From the NCBI GenBank assembly GCA_038045945.1, contig JBBSXC010000003.1, positions 160,001 to 224,000 on the forward strand: a DNA stretch of 64,000 bases, written 5' to 3'. This DNA is from Nanobdellota archaeon. Its GTDB lineage: Archaea; Nanobdellota; Nanobdellia; Pacearchaeales; GW2011-AR1. This document shows, in pieces, positions 57,046 to 64,000 of the stretch. The position numbers and the translations under genes are program-made. Positions within the stretch are counted from its first letter, which is position 1, and the number at the start of each line of letters is the position of its first letter. The notes beneath the pieces were generated by a model that saw nothing but the letters and a program-made list of their open reading frames with translations, ran no database searches and had not been told where the DNA came from.

Positions 57046-58938
57046 TTATTTTAGTCTTATCGTTTCCAAATTTCTTGGAACTGTTGTTTCTACTCTGTGA
57101 AGTTTATGAATCGTACTAGCGAAGTCTAAACTTTTACTTTGTTCACCATGAACTATCATAACTCTTTTAGGTGCTGGAACACAATTATTAATGAATGCTA
57201 CAAGTTGGTTTCTTAAAGAGTGGGATGAGAATCCTCCAATAGTGTTAACTTCTAAATTAATCTTAACTGATTCTTCCTTACCCTCAGCGTTAGGTATCGA
57301 TAACTCTTTTTCACCATCCTGAATTCTCCTGCCAAGTCCCCCAACACCCTGATAACAAACGAATACTAACCCGTTCTTTTCGTTAGAAGCAAACTCTTTT
57401 AGGTATTCTACAGATGCTCCACCAACTAACATTCCACTAGTTGCCAGTACCACACAAGGCCCTCCCTCAATAACCTTTTTCCTTTCTTGAGGACTTCCAA
57501 CTCTTTGGAATATTTCTGAAGTGAAAGGGTTTTGGTCAGCAAATACCATACTTCTAACGTTAGCTGATAAAAAATCAGGATAAGCCGTATGAACAGCGTT
57601 AATATCCCAAATCATACCATCAATGTAGATGGGAACTTTAGGTAAGGCTCCTCTACGCATAGCATCTTCTAAAATAAGCATTGTTTCTTGTGAACGACCA
57701 AGACCTAATTCAGGTATGAGTATTTTCCCCCCACGATCAATAATTCTCTTAATAATAGAAGCTAACAAGTCTTCCTGCTCAGCATAAGGAGGATAACGAT
57801 CGTCTTTACCACCGTATGTTGACTCAATCATTATTGATTCAAGTCTTGGGAATGATGCTACAGCAGGATCAAGCAGTCTTGTTCTACCATACTTCATATC
57901 ACCAGTATAAACAAAGTTGTGATTACCATTACCAATATTTAAGTGAAGCATAGCGCTTCCTAAAACGTGACCAGCATTATACATAGTTAACCTAATATCA
58001 GGGGTTATGTCAGTTACTTCATTATAGTTTAAGCATACTGAGTGACGCACCATTTCTTTAACGTCTTGAGGACCAAATAGAGGAGCCTCAGCTTTTTTGT
58101 AAGCTACTCCAACAAAGTCTAAGTTAAGTAATGCTAAAATATCTCTTGTTGGTTGAGTCATATAACAAGGACCAGTATAACCCATCTTGTACAAGTATGG
58201 TAATAATCCACCATGATCTATGTGAGCGTGACTTATAATTACTGCATCAAGATCACTTATTTTGAATTCAGGAATATCTAGGTATGGATACCTGTCTGAT
58301 CCTTGACCAGCCACATCAACACCACAATCTAATAAAACTTTTGATTCTGGCGTTTGAAGAAGGAAACATGATCTTCCAACTTGTCTAGATGCTCCTAAAC
58401 ATGTTACTCTAACCCAACTCTTAGACTTTTCAGGATTCCACTCCTTGTAAATCTTCTTCCCTAAAGAATTAAGGAACTTCTTCCTATAAGCACTATTCAA
58501 ATAAAGTACTCTCCTAATATTATCCGTGATTTTAGAATTAATCGCTGGGCTTCTTTGAATTGTAGGAGTCCAAAAAGTTTTATCCTTAATGTCTTGCAAG
58601 ATCATTCCTTGCTTACCAATAGCCAAGCCAGGCTTCTTAGCATCGATTATTAGTATGCTTCTAGCAGAATCAAACAATACTTCGCTTATTTCTGCTTCAA
58701 CAGGAACAAGTTCTCTAACAATTTTCTCAGTATCCTCTTGTTTAAGTAATAATGACTCAGCAGCTCGCAGCTCTATCCTTTTTTTAACCTTCTTAACAGT
58801 ATCTCTAACTAAAGGGTCTCCAACTTTGAAGAATTCTCTATCTTCCGTGTATAATACGATGTTAGCTCCTTCAAATGTTGCTTCACTTATCTTCTTTTCT
58901 GGAAATTCTGCCAGAATTGTTTTCAAAATATCTGCCAT
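57046..58938 (-). CDS. fttA: beta-CASP ribonuclease aCPSF1 / transcription termination factor FttA
   Basis: N-terminal KH (KPGLAIGK.G), VGRSC, HAHIDH, AGH.LGS, ESTYG, FSSH, VHGE, P.NLETIRL. Confidence 0.95.
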   Translation of the reverse strand: MADILKTILAEFPEKKISEATFEGANIVLYTEDREFFKVGDPLVRDTVKKVKKRIELRAAESLLLKQEDTEKIVRELVPVEAEISEVLFDSARSILIIDAKKPGLAIGKQGMILQDIKDKTFWTPTIQRSPAINSKITDNIRRVLYLNSAYRKKFLNSLGKKIYKEWNPEKSKSWVRVTCLGASRQVGRSCFLLQTPESKVLLDCGVDVAGQGSDRYPYLDIPEFKISDLDAVIISHAHIDHGGLLPYLYKMGYTGPCYMTQPTRDILALLNLDFVGVAYKKAEAPLFGPQDVKEMVRHSVCLNYNEVTDITPDIRLTMYNAGHVLGSAMLHLNIGNGNHNFVYTGDMKYGRTRLLDPAVASFPRLESIMIESTYGGKDDRYPPYAEQEDLLASIIKRIIDRGGKILIPELGLGRSQETMLILEDAMRRGALPKVPIYIDGMIWDINAVHTAYPDFLSANVRSMVFADQNPFTSEIFQRVGSPQERKKVIEGGPCVVLATSGMLVGGASVEYLKEFASNEKNGLVFVCYQGVGGLGRRIQDGEKELSIPNAEGKEESVKINLEVNTIGGFSSHSLRNQLVAFINNCVPAPKRVMIVHGEQSKSLDFASTIHKLHRVETTVPRNLETIRLK

Positions 58939-58987
58939 TTTACAATATAAAAATTATCATTTTTAAAATTATGATTTTTACGAAAAA

Positions 58988-59662
58988 CTAATCGTTTTCG
59001 TACTTAGGGTCTATTCTTTGCTTAACCACTTGTTTTATTCCATCTTTTGTTATTGAAAAAACGTCTATCCCATAACCACTACCAATATCCCTCTGAGTTG
59101 AGGACTTTATTGCTTCAAGCGCTAACTCTACTCCTTCCTTCATGCTTATGCCCTTCTTGTACTGTCTTTCTAATAAACCTAAAACGAATGGCATACCAGA
59201 ACCAAAATTAGCATCAAAATCTTCTATTTTTTTAACACTGCCAGCCGGTTCAATACTGTATAATTCGCAAGTACCATCATCGTTATATCCGCCCATTAAG
59301 AATCCAGCCATTGTCCCTGACTGCCTAATACCACGATATAATAAGTTTGCAAGTAAGTTAGCACCTTCCTTAACTGTTGGCCTAACTTTAGATCTTAATT
59401 CTTTAAGTCTTAATTCTGCTGAAAGTACTTTTTCAGTCATTTTTATATCAGAAACCATACCAGTACCAGATATTGCCAAATAACCATTTATAAGAATAGT
59501 TTTTTCAGAGTCCTTATTCATAACAATATTTCCAGCAGTGCTTTGCCTATCAGAAGCAACTACTACACCATCTTTACAAACTATCCCAAGAATTGTAGTA
59601 CCACTCTTAAGAGCGTTCTTGCTTAACTCTTCGCTAGCGTTTTGATTCATGTTGTTATTCAT
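58988..59662 (-). CDS. psmB: proteasome subunit beta
   Basis: Propeptide SG|TTILG, DGVV.A.D, GSG, RD..SG. Confidence 0.95.
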   Translation of the reverse strand: MNNNMNQNASEELSKNALKSGTTILGIVCKDGVVVASDRQSTAGNIVMNKDSEKTILINGYLAISGTGMVSDIKMTEKVLSAELRLKELRSKVRPTVKEGANLLANLLYRGIRQSGTMAGFLMGGYNDDGTCELYSIEPAGSVKKIEDFDANFGSGMPFVLGLLERQYKKGISMKEGVELALEAIKSSTQRDIGSGYGIDVFSITKDGIKQVVKQRIDPKYEND

Positions 59663-59779
59663 ATTTTTTTATTGATTAAGTAATTATTTTCTATAAAGAA
59701 GACCTCTAGTCATAAAAATAACTGAGAACTTACACTCTTAGATTAAAATAGAGATATATAAACTTTGTGGTAGAAAAAT

Positions 59780-61858
59780 CTATTCAGAGATTACTTCCTT
59801 CTTTTCCGAACCCCTAACACCACTAACACCCTTCTCTTTACTAAGCTTTATCACATTATCAACGAAAGACTCAATCTTGTTCTCGTGCGATACGATGATT
59901 AGTTGTTCAGCAGAAAGTTCGTTAAGAACGTCACGCATCTTATCAAGTTGTTGATCTGAGAAGCCATCAGTAGGTTCATCAAGAATAACAAGATTCTTAG
60001 TTTTAAGATCAGAAAGCATAGAATTAATAGTTTTGTTAAGAGCTAAACGATAAGCTAGAGCAATAGCAGTCCTTTCACCACCAGAAAGATGAGCGTAGTC
60101 TAATTCGTAATCATGCTGATAAACAATAGGAGTAAAATCCTCATCTAGAGAAACAGAAAAGTTTTCAGGAACTAAGATGTTAAACCATTCATTGAAAAGT
60201 TTAGAGAATTCTTCCCTCAACCTAATAAGAACGTTTCTCTCAGTAAAAGCAACAAGTTCCGAAAACTGGTTAGACAACCAGTCATAGATCTCTAAAATTT
60301 TATTAAGATTAGCCTTAGTATCTTCCTTCTTCTTAATCTCATTACTCATCTCAATAATGATCATCTTAGTGAGCTGGATCTCTTTAGCTATACCACCACG
60401 AGCCAGGTCTGCCTCTCTCTCAAGCTTTAAAGCAGCACGAAAATCCTCTTCAGTCTTAGAATAAATCAAGTCATACTTAGCTAGTTCTCTAATATGATCC
60501 TTTAACAAATCAATGTTAGATGAAAGCATATCAACGTCTTTCAGAGCCGATTCTTTTCTTTTGTAATCATCTAAAAGCTTATTCTCCTTATCACTCATAC
60601 TACTAATTCTTAACTTGTTAAGCTGAACTTGAGAGAATTGCCTCTCAATGTCTTTACGCTTACCAATAATAATACTCATGTCATTATCAAACTTCATTAT
60701 TTTTTGATCACAATCCTTAATTATCAAAAGGTTCTTTTCTAAATCATCATCAAACTTCCGAAAAATATTAGTTTTGTAATTATTATCAACGTTTTGCAAA
60801 CAAGTGGGACATAACTGTATTTGCATAATTCTCTCCTTCAAAGAATTAATCTCCATATTCCTAGCCTTCAACGACTTACTCTTAACAATATAATCAAAAT
60901 TTTCTTTCTTCTTATCATCCTCAAGAATTTCCAAATCTTTCTTTTCAAGTTCCAAATTCTTAATTAGTTCATCAGAAAAAGATAAACCCTTAATATCACT
61001 AATTTCTTTATTAAGAATAGTTATTTCCTTATCCATATTAGTAACAAGTTCCTTCTTACCTAAAACAGCAACTTTTATTTTCTCAATTTCTTGCTCTAAC
61101 TTCTTTTTTTCATCAATCTTTGTTTTAGTCGCAGATAATTCCATCTCAATAGTCTTTCTAGCAAGAATGAAAGTTTCTAACTCCACTTGCGAATCAACAA
61201 AGTTCTTTTCTAAAACTTTCAAGACTTGCTTTCTCTCATCTAATTGTTGTTTCTTATCATCTAAATCCCTAATTACCCCTTCCTTATTCCTTATGTCTTC
61301 CCTAAGATAAGTTGATAATAAAGAAACATTCTCCTTAATATTTTTGTACTTGTTAACACCAAAAACGTGCCTTATCGCATTAAGTCTAGTTTGAGAATCC
61401 TCTAAAATTATTTGTTTCATTTCCTCCTGAGGAGTATAAACAGTGAATTTGTAAAGGAGGTTAGTCTTCTTTGCGAACTCAATAGGATAATTTAACAATT
61501 TTAGTATCCTGTTCTTTAATTCAGAAGTTGCTACTTCTTCTCTCAAACCACCCATAGTTATGAAGGCCTCTTCTTGACTGATAGTCTTACTACCCCTCTC
61601 TAAGCCACGCTCAATTATTATTTCTTTACCATCAATATCGAGTTCCAAACGAACACTGCCAAAATCCTTACCAAAACGAAGAAGCGATGAACCTCTCTGA
61701 CCTGGTTGTAAACCAAAAAGTGCGAACTCTATTGATAAAAGAATCGTGGTTTTCCCAGAGCCTATATCACCAGACAACAATAACGATCCTTTAGGAAAAT
61801 CAATAGTTATTGATTCGTAACTTCTAATATTTTCTAAACTAAGCCTCTTGATAAACAT
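59780..61858 (-). CDS. rad50: Rad50/SbcC-type ATPase
   Basis: GDIGSGKT, CPTC zinc hook, LSGGE, ILDEPT; start moved to ATG 61858 (MFIKRLSLENIRSY). Confidence 0.92.
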   Translation of the reverse strand: MFIKRLSLENIRSYESITIDFPKGSLLLSGDIGSGKTTILLSIEFALFGLQPGQRGSSLLRFGKDFGSVRLELDIDGKEIIIERGLERGSKTISQEEAFITMGGLREEVATSELKNRILKLLNYPIEFAKKTNLLYKFTVYTPQEEMKQIILEDSQTRLNAIRHVFGVNKYKNIKENVSLLSTYLREDIRNKEGVIRDLDDKKQQLDERKQVLKVLEKNFVDSQVELETFILARKTIEMELSATKTKIDEKKKLEQEIEKIKVAVLGKKELVTNMDKEITILNKEISDIKGLSFSDELIKNLELEKKDLEILEDDKKKENFDYIVKSKSLKARNMEINSLKERIMQIQLCPTCLQNVDNNYKTNIFRKFDDDLEKNLLIIKDCDQKIMKFDNDMSIIIGKRKDIERQFSQVQLNKLRISSMSDKENKLLDDYKRKESALKDVDMLSSNIDLLKDHIRELAKYDLIYSKTEEDFRAALKLEREADLARGGIAKEIQLTKMIIIEMSNEIKKKEDTKANLNKILEIYDWLSNQFSELVAFTERNVLIRLREEFSKLFNEWFNILVPENFSVSLDEDFTPIVYQHDYELDYAHLSGGERTAIALAYRLALNKTINSMLSDLKTKNLVILDEPTDGFSDQQLDKMRDVLNELSAEQLIIVSHENKIESFVDNVIKLSKEKGVSGVRGSEKKEVISE

Positions 61859-63068
61859 CTCCTGACAAAACCTCCTTACTTCTTGATATGATACCTTGAG
61901 ATTCCTCAAGACCTAAAACTCTTTTAGCCTCTGAAAGAATCCTCTCAGTGAACAATATTGACTTTTCATCTTCTTTCTTCTCAAATGATAATATGTGCAT
62001 TAGAGGCTCTACAAACTTGTTCATGTCAGACTTGTTATCAAGAACGTACTTCTTGATTATATCCTCTTCCATATTAGGCAAAGCGTGATAACCATCAATT
62101 TTTATCTCCGAATCCTCCCTGACTAATTTTGACGTACTCTTAAGAAAACAATAAGCTCCCTTCCCAGAAACAAAACTACCAATTTTTAAAAAATCAATAT
62201 TATTAACGTTACCCTTCTCTAGAGAACCATACAACCTTAACAAGACTATTTTGTCACGCAGATCATGCTTCCCTAACTCAAAAAGTATTTGGTCAGTACC
62301 AACCAAAGCATTGGTGATTTTCATCTCTGCCCTAACAATTCCCTTAAGTTCTAATGCAACTTTTTTGTACTGGAATGGTAAAGTGTTTACTATGTAAAAA
62401 CTCCCACCCTTTAATTCTTCAATCTCCTCAAAATTATTAGGGAATGTTGGACCAGCATATACCATGTTGTTATACTCATAATCTATGTGCAAGTGCCCTA
62501 GAGCATAATAGTCTGCTTTTGGTAATTCTTTCTCATCAACAGAGTCTATTGGCAAACTCCCTATTGCGTCTTTTATGGATGTGTGAAGAGTTAATACTTT
62601 GAAGAATCCCGGAGAATCAATAAGTTTTATTCTCTTAACCTCAGGTATGTCAAGACCAGTCTTTTTCCCAGGATAACCATACAGCGCTACGTTTCCAATA
62701 ATAGTTGGTGTAAGGTATATGTGGTCGTCTCCCTCCCTTAATTCTTGTTTGTGAATATTAGTGCATAAACCAGCATTTTCTAAAACATCCAAAAATGTTT
62801 TCCCACTTGAAGAATAATCATGGCTTCCAGCAATAAAGTAGCAAGGTATCTGGGAATCCTTTAGTCTTCTAAGTTCCCTAAATGTTTCTTTCAATACTTC
62901 TATTGATGGATACGGAGAATCAAACAAGTCCCCAGCTATTAAAACAAAATCTAATTTTTCTTTTATGCAAACCTCTATGGTTCTGGAAAAACAAGCCATA
63001 TTCAGCGCCTGTAATTCCGGATGCCTCCAACTACCTAAATGACAATCAGACAAGTGCGCAAACCTCAT
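61839..63068 (-). CDS. mre11: Mre11/SbcD-type nuclease
   Basis: HLSDCHLG, AGDLFD, GSHD, LH, ALGHLH. Confidence 0.93.
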   Translation of the reverse strand: MRFAHLSDCHLGSWRHPELQALNMACFSRTIEVCIKEKLDFVLIAGDLFDSPYPSIEVLKETFRELRRLKDSQIPCYFIAGSHDYSSSGKTFLDVLENAGLCTNIHKQELREGDDHIYLTPTIIGNVALYGYPGKKTGLDIPEVKRIKLIDSPGFFKVLTLHTSIKDAIGSLPIDSVDEKELPKADYYALGHLHIDYEYNNMVYAGPTFPNNFEEIEELKGGSFYIVNTLPFQYKKVALELKGIVRAEMKITNALVGTDQILFELGKHDLRDKIVLLRLYGSLEKGNVNNIDFLKIGSFVSGKGAYCFLKSTSKLVREDSEIKIDGYHALPNMEEDIIKKYVLDNKSDMNKFVEPLMHILSFEKKEDEKSILFTERILSEAKRVLGLEESQGIISRSKEVLSGDVYQEA

Positions 63069-63217
63069 TTTTTATTTATTCCTCATTTTTTATTTATGAT
63101 GTCAAAATGTTTAGACTTACATTTTGAGCATGCCGAAAACGAGCACTTTTTTAGTGATCGTTTTCTTGATACTAACAAGTATCAACTTAAGCTATAAACC
63201 AAAAAAGAGTTATATAA
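63063..63217 (-). promoter_or_regulatory. structured mre11 leader: TATA box, three hairpins, duplicated start region
   Basis: TTATATAA 63210-63217; inverted repeats 63166-63185, 63135-63165, 63102-63127; 17-bp direct repeat 63063-63079 / 63081-63097. Confidence 0.7.
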
Positions 63218-63244
63218 GGATTGTTGTAATGAATTTAGTAAATT

Positions 63245-63688
63245 TCAGATTACAGCTTTCCTATCATACCCAACAACCCAAGAATCTCCAAGTATTCTCT
63301 GCATATCTACAAGATGATCTCTACTCGGACGAATTTTATAATCATCAGAACCAAGATCAGGATTAGACACCGATAATACTCTTTTACCCTCATATTTACC
63401 AGCACCAGCAAAAACTTCTCCCCAACCCGCACCTGCGATACGGTAAGCCGATCCCGTAGGAGCAGGGACCTTATCCGTTCTACCAACATCAACCATTTCA
63501 AAACTAATTCCCAATTCTTTTAGTCCGCCCTCCAGAATTAGTCGGTGCCTCTCACCTTCACCCCTAGTCTCTGAAAAGAACATGAAGGGTTCCTCTCTTC
63601 CAGCGATAGTAGCATACACTTGAACCATTTTATGACCAGAATAATCAGTAATTCCGCTTTGCGGAAGCCTAAGATGATCTTTAATCAT
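63245..63688 (-). CDS. hypothetical protein, possible Janus/Ocnus (PHPT1-like) fold
   Basis: G.K.V, H..IL, IAGAG, GS.DY in the PHPT1 motif order. Confidence 0.55.
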   Translation of the reverse strand: MIKDHLRLPQSGITDYSGHKMVQVYATIAGREEPFMFFSETRGEGERHRLILEGGLKELGISFEMVDVGRTDKVPAPTGSAYRIAGAGWGEVFAGAGKYEGKRVLSVSNPDLGSDDYKIRPSRDHLVDMQRILGDSWVVGYDRKAVI

Positions 63689-63769
63689 GACAGTTTAGCA
63701 TTTTAAGAAGTTTATAATCATTATTGAAGTGATCGACAATAATATAAATGAGTATTACGTTGATTTTTT

Positions 63770-64000
63770 ATGCTCCTTAGAAACATTCTTAACATAAACA
63801 TAAGCAATTTCCTTGCTGGATTAATAGCAGCAATATTTTATTTAACTGCAGGTTTCCTTTTAGGATTATTTGTCAATAAAGCTTTGAAAAAGCTTTCAAA
63901 ACAAGCTCGTTTAGAAAAGGGTAGGTCTTATAATTTTATTAGACTTTTCATAACAATTATAACTTGGTCAATATACATTTTATTCATCTATTTAGCCTTA
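63770..64000 (+). CDS. partial membrane protein, possibly MscS-like N-terminus
   Basis: Open 77 codons to the window end, two TMs (FLAGLIAAIFYLTAGFLLGLFV; FITIITWSIYILFIYLAL). Confidence 0.55.
   Translation, partial: MLLRNILNINISNFLAGLIAAIFYLTAGFLLGLFVNKALKKLSKQARLEKGRSYNFIRLFITIITWSIYILFIYLAL

Noticed and set aside
59663-59779. Structured leader upstream of psmB
   Set aside because: Only a weak 6-bp stem, plausible by chance in AT-rich DNA.
61859-61909. Long mre11/rad50 overlap suggesting a frameshift fusion
   Set aside because: Using ATG 61858 after a GGAG motif leaves an ordinary 20-nt overlap and a canonical Rad50 N-terminus.
63124-63366. 80-aa + strand ORF
   Set aside because: TTG start; overlaps the hairpin leader, the promoter and an opposite-strand gene; no recognisable motif.
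1364-63501. Numerous 60-200 aa antisense ORFs in the track (e.g. 5107-5457, 34285-34824, 42859-43461, 58589-58966)
   Set aside because: They are shadows of well-supported genes; their Leu/Phe/Ser-rich composition follows from the strand bias.
1-64000. CRISPR array, tRNA, rRNA or IS elements
   Set aside because: No regularly spaced repeats, cloverleaf/T-loop motifs in intergenic gaps or transposase motifs were seen by eye.

Overview
AT-rich archaeal chromosome segment; gene content (class I CCA-adding enzyme, aCPSF1/FttA, proteasome beta, OapABC, TrmB, tandem-domain Lrp, archaeal pilins, PKD surface proteins, many short orphans) suggests a DPANN lineage, most likely Pacearchaeota/Woesearchaeota (inference). 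It contains an SRP RNA with non-canonical loops, a type IV pilus system split into two sites (at least 8 pilin-like genes, 1 ATPase, 2 TadC/ArlJ-like proteins), a copper-homeostasis cluster, a redox/Fe-S block (IscS, IscU, IscA-like, ferredoxin, SOD, AhpC, DsbA, Ogg, ThiI), archease-RtcB, a free-standing HNH nuclease, and mre11-rad50-psmB-aCPSF1. No rRNA, tRNA, CRISPR array or transposase was seen. Best leads: (1) two tandem pilin genes with a 138-bp identical constant 5' block, divergent heads and a shared upstream palindromic element; (2) a three-hairpin leader with a duplicated start region and 4-codon uORF before mre11; (3) a membrane-anchored Cys/His wHTH regulator plus a perfect 24-bp palindrome in the copper cluster; (4) a stand-alone ThrRS editing domain; (5) effector-like orphan enzymes. 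All family assignments come from motif recognition by eye; no database search was run.
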